From assembly GCA_965221775.1 (NCBI GenBank), contig CBDCSU010000006.1, positions 1,760,001 to 1,824,000 of the forward strand: a stretch of 64,000 nucleotides of DNA, read 5' to 3'. This stretch comes from Candidatus Latescibacterota bacterium. GTDB taxonomy: Bacteria; Latescibacterota; UBA2968; UBA8231. Position 1 is the stretch's first letter. Each line of letters begins with the position of its first letter. A program made the position numbers and the translations under genes. The notes under the pieces were generated by a model, which did not search any database, was not told where the DNA came from, and saw only the letters and a list, made by a program, of their open reading frames with translations. This document shows positions 18,315 through 26,693 of this stretch, one piece after another.

Positions 18315-20777
18315 ATGGTCGACATCGGCTACTTCGCCCTGTGCCTGTCCCTGGCGGCAGGCGGGTACGCAACGCTTGCCTCGATCCTCGGGGCGCACCG
18401 CAACCACGAAGGGCTGATCCGCTCCGGAGAGAACGCCGCCCTGGCCGTCTGCGGTCTCTACACGGTCTCGGTGGCGGGGTTGTGGTACGCGATCCTGACG
18501 CACGACTTCGAGGTCCAGTACGTGGCCGAGAACACGAACCGCGCCCAACCATTCCAGTACGTGGTCGCGTCGCTGTGGGGGGGGCAGAACGGGTCGATCC
18601 TGTTCTGGGGCTGGATCCTGTCGCTGTACACCGCCGCCGTGGTGCTCCTCAACCGCCACCGCTACCGGGCCCTGATGCCCTACACGGTAGCCGTTCTCGG
18701 CGCCTCCTGCTTCTTCTTCGCCCTGTTGAACATCTACGCCGCCGACCCCTTCCGCCGGCTGCCCTTCACCCCTCTCGACGGCAGCGGCCTGAACCCGATC
18801 CTCCAGCACCCCTACATGGCGATCCATCCGCCGATGCTCTACGCGGGCATGGTCGGCATGACGGTCCCCTTCGCCTTCGGCATCGCCGCCCTGGCATCCA
18901 GGCGCCTCGACAACTCCTGGTTGTACGCGATGCGCCGGTGGCTGCTGATCCCGTGGATGTTCCTCGGCGCCGGTCTCCTGCTCGGCGGCAAGTGGGCCTA
19001 TGTCGAGCTGGGCTGGGGGGGCTACTGGGGCTGGGACCCCGTGGAGAATGCCTCGTTGATGCCCTGGCTGGCCGCCACTGCGCTGCTGCACTCGGTGATG
19101 ATCCAGGAGCGCAAGGGCATGCTGAAGGTCTGGAACATGGTGCTCCTGTTCTTCACCTTCGGGATGACGATCTTCGGCACCTTCCTCACCCGCTCCGGCA
19201 TCGTCTCCTCCGTCCACGCCTTCGCCCAGTCGAACGTCGGCCCCTACTTCGTCACCTTCCTGGTGCTGATCGTCGCCGGCTCCGCGGTGCTGCTGGTGAC
19301 CCGTCTGGACCACCTCAAGGCGGAGCACCGGCTCGAGTCCTTCGCCTCCCGCGAGAGTGCCTTCCTGCTCAACAACTGGATCCTGCTGGCTCTGCTCTTC
19401 GCCGTCCTCTGGGGAACCCTCTTCCCGGTGATCTCCGAGGCCTTCACAGGCGACAAGATCACCGTGGGGGCGCCCTTCTTCGACCGGGTGAGCGTGCCCA
19501 TGGGCCTGGTGCTGCTCTTCCTCACGGGCGCCGGCCCCCTCTTTGCCTGGCGGCGAACGTCGATTGAGAGCCTGCGCCGCAATTTCGGGATTCCGGGGGT
19601 CTGCGGACTCCTCGCCCTCGGGCTTGCGGCGGCCCTCGGCGTACGCGGACTCTACCCCCTCGTGTCCCTGACCTTGTGCGGTTTCGTCGCCGGCTCCGTG
19701 GCCTTCGAGTTCGCCCGGGGCATCGCCGCCCGGCAGCGGACCTCAGGGGAAACCCTCCTGACCGCCGGCGCCCGCCTGCTGGCCAAGAGCCGCCGGCGTT
19801 ACGGGGGCTACCTCGTGCACGTCTCCATCGTGCTCCTCTTCGTCGGCTTCACCGGCAAGGCCTTCACCAGCGAGCGTGAGATCGTCCTCGAGCCCGGCGA
19901 ATCCGCCCGGATCGGCGAGTACACGGCCACGTTGGAGACCCTGGCCTTCGGCGACGACCCCAACCGGTCGGTGCAGGCCGCCGCCGTCGGCCTGGAGCGC
20001 AACGGGCGCTTCCTGGCCACCTTGGTGCCGGAGCGCCACTTCTACAAGACCGCCGAGCAGAACACCACCGAGGTCGCCATCTACTCGCGCTGGCTCGAGG
20101 ACTTCTACCTCATCATGGTGGGTCCGTCCTCCGACCTGGCCTCGGCCAAGTTCCAGATCTACGTCAACCCCCTCGTCGCCTGCGTCTGGTTGGGGGCGGC
20201 CCTGCTGGTGGTCAGCGCCCTGTGGACGATGTGGCCGTCGGCCCGCGACCGGCGTATGGCCCGCCTCGACCGGGACACCTCGCGCACCCGGCCCGGAGAC
20301 GGTTCTCGTGGCGGGGGGGCGGCACCGGCGGTCCTCCTCCTGTGCCTGGCTGCCCTCTGCGCCCCGGCCCGAGCCGCCCCGCCCCCGGAACGGGTCAAGG
20401 CCACCGCCGCCGACCTCGTCTGCCTGTGCGGCACCTGCAACCGCGAGTCCCTGGCCACCTGCCTGTGCCAGTTCGCCATCGCCGAGCGGGAGAGCATCGC
20501 CCTCCGGCTGGAGGAAGGCCAGGGCCCCGAGGAGATCGTCGCCGCCTACGTGGAACGCTTCGGTCCCATGGGGCTGGCCAATCCACCCGAGGGTTACGGC
20601 TTCGTGTGGGTCATCCCCTTCCTGGTTCTCGCCGGCGGCGCCCTCGGCGTTCGCCATGTCCTCTCCCGCTGGCACCGCGGCGGCCCCCCGGAGGCGGCCC
20701 CTCCCGGGGCCCCGGCCAGCCGGCCATCGCCTCTGGACGAGCAGCTCCGGCGGGAGCTCGACGGCTTCGAGGGTTGA
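18315..20777 (+). CDS. ccmF: Cytochrome c heme lyase CcmF with a C-terminally fused CcmH-like domain
   Basis: GLNPILQHPYMAIHPP, WAYVELGWGGYWGWDPVENASLMPW, LTRSGIVSSVHAF, GGYLVH. The C-terminal domain has LVCLCGTCNRESL..IVAAYVERFG..LANPP..WVIP. Confidence 0.93.
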   Translation: MVDIGYFALCLSLAAGGYATLASILGAHRNHEGLIRSGENAALAVCGLYTVSVAGLWYAILTHDFEVQYVAENTNRAQPFQYVVASLWGGQNGSILFWGWILSLYTAAVVLLNRHRYRALMPYTVAVLGASCFFFALLNIYAADPFRRLPFTPLDGSGLNPILQHPYMAIHPPMLYAGMVGMTVPFAFGIAALASRRLDNSWLYAMRRWLLIPWMFLGAGLLLGGKWAYVELGWGGYWGWDPVENASLMPWLAATALLHSVMIQERKGMLKVWNMVLLFFTFGMTIFGTFLTRSGIVSSVHAFAQSNVGPYFVTFLVLIVAGSAVLLVTRLDHLKAEHRLESFASRESAFLLNNWILLALLFAVLWGTLFPVISEAFTGDKITVGAPFFDRVSVPMGLVLLFLTGAGPLFAWRRTSIESLRRNFGIPGVCGLLALGLAAALGVRGLYPLVSLTLCGFVAGSVAFEFARGIAARQRTSGETLLTAGARLLAKSRRRYGGYLVHVSIVLLFVGFTGKAFTSEREIVLEPGESARIGEYTATLETLAFGDDPNRSVQAAAVGLERNGRFLATLVPERHFYKTAEQNTTEVAIYSRWLEDFYLIMVGPSSDLASAKFQIYVNPLVACVWLGAALLVVSALWTMWPSARDRRMARLDRDTSRTRPGDGSRGGGAAPAVLLLCLAALCAPARAAPPPERVKATAADLVCLCGTCNRESLATCLCQFAIAERESIALRLEEGQGPEEIVAAYVERFGPMGLANPPEGYGFVWVIPFLVLAGGALGVRHVLSRWHRGGPPEAAPPGAPASRPSPLDEQLRRELDGFEG

Positions 20778-20781
20778 CCGA

Positions 20782-21258
20782 GTGAGCCTTCTCATCCCCT
20801 TGGCCTGCCTGGCCTTGCTGGCCGTCTTTGTCGCCGCCGTGGTACAGCCGGTGATGGCCGCTCCCCTGGCCTGGCGGCGCCAGACGGGCAGCGCCCGCCA
20901 GCGCCTGGAGCTGACCGAGCGCAAGGAGCAGCTCTACGCCTCGATCAAGGAGCTCGAGTTCGACCACCGCGTCGGCAAGATCTCGCAGGACGACCACGAC
21001 TCCCTCCGCGCGGAGCTGGAGTCCCAGGCCGTCGAGGCACTTTCCGGGCTCCGCCGGCTCGAGTCCCGGGATCCGGACCGGGGCCTGCACCGGCGCATCG
21101 AGGAAGACGTCAGGCTGCTGGCCGCCGGCAGGGAAGACGCTGCCCGGCCATCCGCCGACTCCGGGCCCTGTCCCGACTGCGGCCGGGCTCGGGAACCAGG
21201 CCACAGATTCTGTCCGGACTGCGGCTTTCGGCTGGGCGATCCTTCCCCGGCCCCATGA
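20782..21258 (+). CDS. Membrane-anchored CcmI-N-like coiled-coil protein with C-terminal zinc ribbon
   Basis: GTG at 20782, N-terminal TM, KEQLYASIKELEFDHRVGKISQDDH..LRAEL, and CPDCG-x8-FCPDCG. Confidence 0.8.
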   Translation: MSLLIPLACLALLAVFVAAVVQPVMAAPLAWRRQTGSARQRLELTERKEQLYASIKELEFDHRVGKISQDDHDSLRAELESQAVEALSGLRRLESRDPDRGLHRRIEEDVRLLAAGREDAARPSADSGPCPDCGRAREPGHRFCPDCGFRLGDPSPAP

Positions 21259-22397
21259 CACGGCTCCTCCGTCCCTGGCCGATCGCTCTGCTTTCCGTCC
21301 TGGCGGCGGGCATGTCGGCACCGGCGCCCGCGGCGACCGTGAAGGGATACGTTCTGGACGTCCTCCGCGACGAGCGCGTGCCCGGCGTCGAGGTCGCCTT
21401 CCTGATCCCGGACGAAGGCGGGGGAGTCACCGAGATCGCCCGGCGCACCACCGACAAGACCGGCGGCTTCTCCTTCGCCGCCCCCTTTCTGTCGGCGGGC
21501 ACCCCCTTCGTCCTCACCGCCTATTACCGCGACCTGGAGTACGGCACCCGGAACCTCGTGGTGGGCAACCAGGACCAGGTGATCCTCGAGGTCTACGAAG
21601 GCATCGACGACCCCTCCGGCATCCACGTCGCGGCCCATCACCTGTTCCTGTCCGTGAGGGACCGGGGCCTCGAGGTGCTGCAGTTGGTGCAGACGGAGAA
21701 CCACGGATCGGCCACCTATGTGGGCCGCCGGGTGGGAGAGGAACGCCGGGTGCTCGAGCTGGCGCTGCCCGAGGGCCATCTCGGCCTGCAGGCCCACGCC
21801 GGCGCCATCGTGCGGGCCGGGCCGACCCGGGCCTTCGACTCGCGGCCACTGCCCCCGGGCGCGACCCAGACCGCCTTCACCTTTCAGCTGCCCGCGGCGG
21901 CCCTCGAGGGCCATGGCTACGAGCACACCGTCATCTACCCGACGGATCGCCTGGAGCTGTTCCTGCAGCCCCCGGAAATCTCCCTCGGCGCGCCCTTCCA
22001 GGATCTGGGCCGAATCACCATCCAGGACCGGGACTACCGTCACTACCGCCTCGAGGGCCTGGACCCCGGCCGCACCGTAGCCGTGCCGCTGCCGGTCCCG
22101 AGGCCGCTGCGCTGGGCCCTGAAGTGGGCCATGATCGCCCTGGTGCCGGCGGTTCTGATCACCGTCTTCGCCCTGGCCCGGACGACGACCGGACCCGCGG
22201 AAAGACCCGCCCCGACCGGGGAGGATCGGGAGCTGCTGGAGCAGCGGCGGTGGGAGCTGCTGGCCGAATTGTCACGCCTCGACGCCGCTGGGGATCCCCC
22301 ACAGGGATTGAACTCGCAGACCCGGCCGAGGCAACTGGTCATGGCCGAGGCCGTCGAGGTCTACCGGCGTCTCGGCCTGGACGCCGAGGGCGACTGA
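21255..22397 (+). CDS. Hypothetical single-pass membrane protein (signal peptide, beta-rich periplasmic region, TM, cytoplasmic coiled coil)
   Basis: Signal peptide ending APAPA-A, carboxypeptidase-regulatory-like start (TVKGYV..VPGVEV..TTDKTGGFSF), TM WAMIALVPAVLITVFAL. ATGA overlap with the upstream gene. Confidence 0.75.
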   Translation: MTRLLRPWPIALLSVLAAGMSAPAPAATVKGYVLDVLRDERVPGVEVAFLIPDEGGGVTEIARRTTDKTGGFSFAAPFLSAGTPFVLTAYYRDLEYGTRNLVVGNQDQVILEVYEGIDDPSGIHVAAHHLFLSVRDRGLEVLQLVQTENHGSATYVGRRVGEERRVLELALPEGHLGLQAHAGAIVRAGPTRAFDSRPLPPGATQTAFTFQLPAAALEGHGYEHTVIYPTDRLELFLQPPEISLGAPFQDLGRITIQDRDYRHYRLEGLDPGRTVAVPLPVPRPLRWALKWAMIALVPAVLITVFALARTTTGPAERPAPTGEDRELLEQRRWELLAELSRLDAAGDPPQGLNSQTRPRQLVMAEAVEVYRRLGLDAEGD

Positions 22398-22408
22398 GAC
22401 TCGCCGTG

Positions 22409-23101
22409 ATGGTCCGGGTGGAAGAGCTGCGGAAGCACTATGGCGACACGATCGCCCTCGACGGCGTCGACTTGGCCGTGGAACCCGGCACTCACCTACT
22501 GCTGGCCGGGGCCAACGGCGCCGGCAAGACCACCTTGCTGCGCTTGCTGACCGGCCTGACGGGTCCGTCGGCCGGCCTTGTGCGGATCGACGGAGAAGAT
22601 CCGCGGCGGTCCCGGTTGCGCCAGCGGCTGGGGCTGCTCTCGCACGAGACGCAGCTCTACGACGATCTGACGGTGAGGGAGAACCTCCGTTTCTTCGCCC
22701 GCCTCTACGGAGCTCCGCCCGGCGCCGCCGACGTCGCCCTCGATGGGGTGGGGTTGGCCGGGCGCGCCGACACCCGAGTCGGCATCCTGTCGCGAGGCCT
22801 CCAGCAACGGGCGGCCCTGGCGCGCGCCACCCTTCACGGCCCCGAGGTACTGCTTCTGGACGAGCCCTTCACCGGTCTCGACGGAGCCGCCTCCAGGGCG
22901 GTGGCGGCGAACCTGAGCGAGCGCGCCGCCTCCACCGATTGCTCCACCGTGGTCGTGACCCACAAGGTCGAGCAGGTGGCCTCGACCACCAACCGCGTGG
23001 TCGTGCTGCGCCAGGGCCGCGTGGCCCTGGACGCCAGGTGGTCCGGCGACGGCATGGCCCTTCAGGCCTTGTGCGACCGCCATCTGGAAGGCCCGCCGTG
23101 A
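22409..23101 (+). CDS. ccmA: Heme exporter ABC ATPase CcmA
   Basis: GANGAGKTT, LSRGLQQR, LLLDEPFTGLD, directly before ccmB. Confidence 0.88.
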   Translation: MVRVEELRKHYGDTIALDGVDLAVEPGTHLLLAGANGAGKTTLLRLLTGLTGPSAGLVRIDGEDPRRSRLRQRLGLLSHETQLYDDLTVRENLRFFARLYGAPPGAADVALDGVGLAGRADTRVGILSRGLQQRAALARATLHGPEVLLLDEPFTGLDGAASRAVAANLSERAASTDCSTVVVTHKVEQVASTTNRVVVLRQGRVALDARWSGDGMALQALCDRHLEGPP

Positions 23102-23808
23102 TGCTGCCCGGGACCGTGGGGCACGCCTGGATCCTGCTGCGCAAGGATCTGTCCGCCGAGTGGCGCACCAGGGAGCGGCTGAGCCCGATGGTCTTCTTCG
23201 TGCTGCTGGTGTTGCTGGTCTTCAACTTCAGCTTCGAGTTGGGGGGCGCGGCCCTGTGGGAAATCGGCCCCGGCGTGCTGTGGTCGTGCTTCGTCTTCGC
23301 CAGCCTCTTCGGGCTGCAGCGCACCTTCGTCAACGAGACCCGCAACGGCTGTCTCGACGCATTGCTCGCGGCCCCGGTCGACCGGAGATCGCTCTACCTG
23401 GCCAAGATGGGAGGCAACGTGCTGTTCCTCCTGGGCGTACAGGTGCTCACCTTGCCCTTCTTCGGCCTCTTCTTTAACCTCAGCCCCGGTCCCTACCTGC
23501 TGCCGATCGCCGCCATCTTCGTGCTCGGATCCGCCTGCGTGGCATCCGTCGGCACCTTGTTCGCCGCCATGGCCGGGCACTCTCGCCTGCGGGAGCTGCT
23601 GCTGCCGCTGCTCCTGCTTCCCATCCTGCTCCCGGCGCTGATTTCCTGCGTGGCGGCCACCGGCGCGGTCCTGGCTTCGGCCGCGCCGGGTCGGGCCGGA
23701 ACCCTGTGGCCCGAGGAGTTGACCGCCCACGTGGCCATGCTGGCTCTATTCGCCATGGTCTTCACCACCCTTGCCCTGATGCTCTTCGACTTCGTCATCG
23801 AAGAGTGA
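23101..23808 (+). CDS. ccmB: Heme exporter permease CcmB
   Basis: KDLSAEWR, PGVLW, E..NGCLDALL, RELLLPLLLLPILLP. Confidence 0.92.
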   Translation: MLPGTVGHAWILLRKDLSAEWRTRERLSPMVFFVLLVLLVFNFSFELGGAALWEIGPGVLWSCFVFASLFGLQRTFVNETRNGCLDALLAAPVDRRSLYLAKMGGNVLFLLGVQVLTLPFFGLFFNLSPGPYLLPIAAIFVLGSACVASVGTLFAAMAGHSRLRELLLPLLLLPILLPALISCVAATGAVLASAAPGRAGTLWPEELTAHVAMLALFAMVFTTLALMLFDFVIEE

Positions 23809-23824
23809 GACCTGGCCCTGGTCC

Positions 23825-24526
23825 ATGAGCTCAGGCCACCCGCCTCGATACGCCGGGATCCTCGGCTTGGCCACCACCGTCCTGATGGTGGCGGCCGTGG
23901 CCGCGGTGTTTCTCTACGCGCCGGACGACAAGAACCCGCAGATGGGCAGCGCCTGGCCGTGGTTGCAGCGCATCTTCTACTTCCATGTCTCCGCCGCCCT
24001 CTCCGCCGGGCTGGCGTACTTCCTCGTCTTTCTCGGCAGCCTTCTCTACCTGATCCGTCGCCGCAACCAATGGGACCGTTTCGCCGGGGTCAGTGCCGAG
24101 CTGGGCGTGATGTTCTCCCTCTTCGTTCTCGTCAGCGGCCCCCTGTGGGCCAAGCCTGTCTGGGGGGTGTACTGGCGGTGGGAGCCCCGGCTGACCACGA
24201 TGCTGGTCACCTTCACCATCTACGTCGCCTATCTGATGGTGCGCTCCTACGGAGAGCCCGGAGAACGGAGCCAGCGCTTTGCCGCGGTCTTCGGCATCGT
24301 CGCTTTCGCCAACGTCCCCCTCGTGCACTTCTCCGTCCACATGTGGTCCGCCGCGCAGCAGCTCCATCCGCCGGGGATCGAGCTGGGGCCGGCCATGTCC
24401 CACACCAAGTATCTGTGCTACGCCGCCTTCGGCTGCCTGTTCCTGCATCTCATGCGGCTGCGCCTCAGCCAGGAGCGGCTGGCCGCCCGCCAGCGCCAGC
24501 TCCTGCGGCATGCAGGGCCCGGCTGA
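23825..24526 (+). CDS. ccmC: Heme exporter/heme delivery protein CcmC
   Basis: QRIFYFHV, WAKPVWGVYWRWEPRLT (tryptophan-rich motif), and LHP. Confidence 0.93.
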   Translation: MSSGHPPRYAGILGLATTVLMVAAVAAVFLYAPDDKNPQMGSAWPWLQRIFYFHVSAALSAGLAYFLVFLGSLLYLIRRRNQWDRFAGVSAELGVMFSLFVLVSGPLWAKPVWGVYWRWEPRLTTMLVTFTIYVAYLMVRSYGEPGERSQRFAAVFGIVAFANVPLVHFSVHMWSAAQQLHPPGIELGPAMSHTKYLCYAAFGCLFLHLMRLRLSQERLAARQRQLLRHAGPG

Positions 24527-24545
24527 CGAACGAAGGAGGAATCCC

Positions 24546-24722
24546 ATGGACAACACCGGCCTCATTCACCTGGGCACAGCCTACGGTGCCTTCTTCCTCC
24601 TGCTGGCCCTCTATATGGACCGTCTGCGGCGGAGGGATCGCGAGTTGTGGCGCCGTCTGCAGGAGCTGGAGGATCGCCAGGAAAAAGCGGGAGACAACCC
24701 CCGGAGCCCTCCGGAGAATTGA
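24546..24722 (+). CDS. ccmD: CcmD family small membrane protein
   Basis: AGGAGG RBS, 58 aa, AY-containing TM followed by a charged tail, directly after ccmC. Confidence 0.78.
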   Translation: MDNTGLIHLGTAYGAFFLLLALYMDRLRRRDRELWRRLQELEDRQEKAGDNPRSPPEN

Positions 24723-24758
24723 ACACATCTCTAATATCCATAGGCACTTACGATTGAA

Positions 24759-24788
24759 TTGACAGTGCTTTTTCGAGCGTCCTATATT
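24759..24788 (+). promoter_or_regulatory. sigma70-type promoter for the DUF151 gene pair
   Basis: TTGACA-N18-TATATT in an AT-rich gap. Confidence 0.65.
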
Positions 24789-24825
24789 GACGCCTCCTTC
24801 CACGATGCAGGTCGGAGATTGAACC

Positions 24826-25425
24826 ATGGTTGAAATGGAAGTTCACCAGGTTCAGGTATCCTCCCGGGCCTATCAGCGCGTCCTCCTGCGAGCCAAGGAG
24901 GGCGACGGCAACCTCCACATCGTCATCGGACCTGCCGAGGCGCGGGCCATCTCCCTCGCCCATCGCGGCCAGGAGGCCCCGAGGCCTCTGAGCTACGACA
25001 TGGCCCGGTCGTTGTTGGATGAGGCCGGCGCCAGCATCCGGCAGGTGGCCATCACCAGTCTCCAGGACGGGATCTACTACGCCGAGATCCACCTCGCCGA
25101 CGACGAGGGGGGAGAGCACGTGGTCGACTCGCGCCCGTCCGACGCCATCGCCCTTGCGCTGCGCACCGGCGCTCCGATCTTTGCCGACGAGAGCGTTCTC
25201 GATGTCGACTCGGGGAACCGGGGCGAGGAGGAGGCCTCGATCGACGGCGAGACGGGGCACGCCGGTCAACCGAAGGGCCTGGTCAGCCTCGAAGAGCTCC
25301 TCGCCGACTCCGAGCCTGGCATGACGGAGAAGCAGCAACTGGAGAAACGGCTTCGCATGGCCGTCGCCGAAGAGGCCTACGAGGAGGCGGCACGCCTGCG
25401 GGACCATCTGAATGCAATCCCATGA
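24826..25425 (+). CDS. Bifunctional nuclease (DUF151/BFN) family protein with C-terminal UVR domain, copy 1
   Basis: LHIVIGPAEA..PRPLSYD, VDSRPSDAIALALR, and UVR motif AVAEEAYEEAARLRD. Confidence 0.9.
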   Translation: MVEMEVHQVQVSSRAYQRVLLRAKEGDGNLHIVIGPAEARAISLAHRGQEAPRPLSYDMARSLLDEAGASIRQVAITSLQDGIYYAEIHLADDEGGEHVVDSRPSDAIALALRTGAPIFADESVLDVDSGNRGEEEASIDGETGHAGQPKGLVSLEELLADSEPGMTEKQQLEKRLRMAVAEEAYEEAARLRDHLNAIP

Positions 25426-25462
25426 CGCGGATCTGAGGAGGCCAAACGACGAGGCTCGATCC

Positions 25463-26137
25463 ATGAAGGAGAATCGCAGCAGACCCCGCAGGGCGCTCGT
25501 CGAGATGGAGGTCCTCAAAGTCAGCCCCTATCTGCGCGCCGAACAGCCATTGATGTGGCTATGTGAGAAGGAATCGCCCCAGCCCCGGTTGCTGCCGATC
25601 GCCGTTGGCGAGTTCGAGGCCGCAGCCATCCAGATGCAGTTGACTGGCGACCGGCCTCTGCGGCCGATTCCCCACGACCTGCTCGCATCGCTTCTCGGGG
25701 AGCTGACGATCCCTGTCCGCCGCGTGGTCATCCACTCCTTCCAGGGCCAGGCCTTCGTGGCGTCGGCCGTGGTCGAGCGTGGGGGGCGCCTGCGAGAGCT
25801 CGACTGTCGGCCTTCCGATGGCGTGGCCCTGGCGTTGCGCACCGACGCTCCCGTCTACATCACTTGCGAGTTGCTCGATCTCGCCAGCCTTTCCTCGGCC
25901 CCCGATGGCGCCGACCCGGGGCGCACCATGGCGCGTTTCTACGAGGTCGAGCCGCAGATCCTGGGCGACCGGGCACGGGCCGATGCCGCCGAGGCCACGA
26001 CCACTCCTGTCATCGGCAAAGCGCGGAGCCGTCTCGCCGAACTGCAGCATCGGCTCAAGCAGGCCGTGATCCGCGAGGATTACGAGAAGGCCGCCCTCCT
26101 GCGCGACGAGATCGAGCGCGTCCGGAGCCGCCCCTGA
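25463..26137 (+). CDS. Bifunctional nuclease (DUF151/BFN) family protein with C-terminal UVR domain, copy 2
   Basis: LPIAVGEFEA..RPIPHDL, LDCRPSDGVALALR, and UVR motif AVIREDYEKAALLRDEI. Start is uncertain (25412, 25463 or 25506). Confidence 0.88.
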   Translation: MKENRSRPRRALVEMEVLKVSPYLRAEQPLMWLCEKESPQPRLLPIAVGEFEAAAIQMQLTGDRPLRPIPHDLLASLLGELTIPVRRVVIHSFQGQAFVASAVVERGGRLRELDCRPSDGVALALRTDAPVYITCELLDLASLSSAPDGADPGRTMARFYEVEPQILGDRARADAAEATTTPVIGKARSRLAELQHRLKQAVIREDYEKAALLRDEIERVRSRP

Positions 26138-26156
26138 GGCTCTGGAGAGGCTGGAC

Positions 26157-26624
26157 GTGACCCGGCGCACCTCGGCCATTATCTGGCTCGGGCTGGTTCT
26201 GCTGCTGGCCTGCGGCGATGGGCCGGATCTCCGTTTCGCCAGTCCCGCTGCCACTTTTTCCGCCTATCGCGAGGCCCTGTCCCGGGGAGATGGAGATGCG
26301 GCCTGGGCCTGCCTGAGCCAGAGCCACCGGGAGCGGGACCTCGGCGGCGACCTGGCGGCCTGGCGGGAGGCGATCGCCGGCGAAGCGGGCCGTCAGTTGG
26401 CGCGGGAGGTGGCACGGCGGGAGATCTCGGAGGAGCGACGCATCAACGAGCGCGTCGCCTACCTGCAGTTCGATCGGTCGACCGTGCCGGATGGCGAAGG
26501 ATCCTTCTACTATTTCCTGCGAGATCCGGATGGCTGGAAGATCACGGTGCACACCGACAGCCTCTTTCGAGCGGAGCTTGAGGCGGCCATCGAGAACGGG
26601 CAGTTCCGCCTGAACGCGCGCTGA
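26157..26624 (+). CDS. Hypothetical lipoprotein (possibly NTF2-like)
   Basis: Lipobox LLAC, SPAATF..Y..AL..GD..AW.CLS and DGWKI patterns. Confidence 0.7.
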   Translation: MTRRTSAIIWLGLVLLLACGDGPDLRFASPAATFSAYREALSRGDGDAAWACLSQSHRERDLGGDLAAWREAIAGEAGRQLAREVARREISEERRINERVAYLQFDRSTVPDGEGSFYYFLRDPDGWKITVHTDSLFRAELEAAIENGQFRLNAR

Positions 26625-26693
26625 CCGCACGGCTCCCGGGACCGTGCCCCGGCGGCTCCCCATGCCACCACTACGCAACCGGATGCCAGGCTG

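Noticed and set aside
19876-23808. Long N-terminal extensions on track ORFs for the zinc-ribbon gene, ccmA and ccmB
   Set aside because: They overlap upstream genes in alternative frames with non-protein-like composition. Starts were reassigned to 20782, 22409 and 23101.
24741-24758. TAGGCACTTACGATTGAA as a sigma54 promoter or CIRCE
   Set aside because: The -12 GC is absent and spacing is off for sigma54. Arm spacing does not fit CIRCE.
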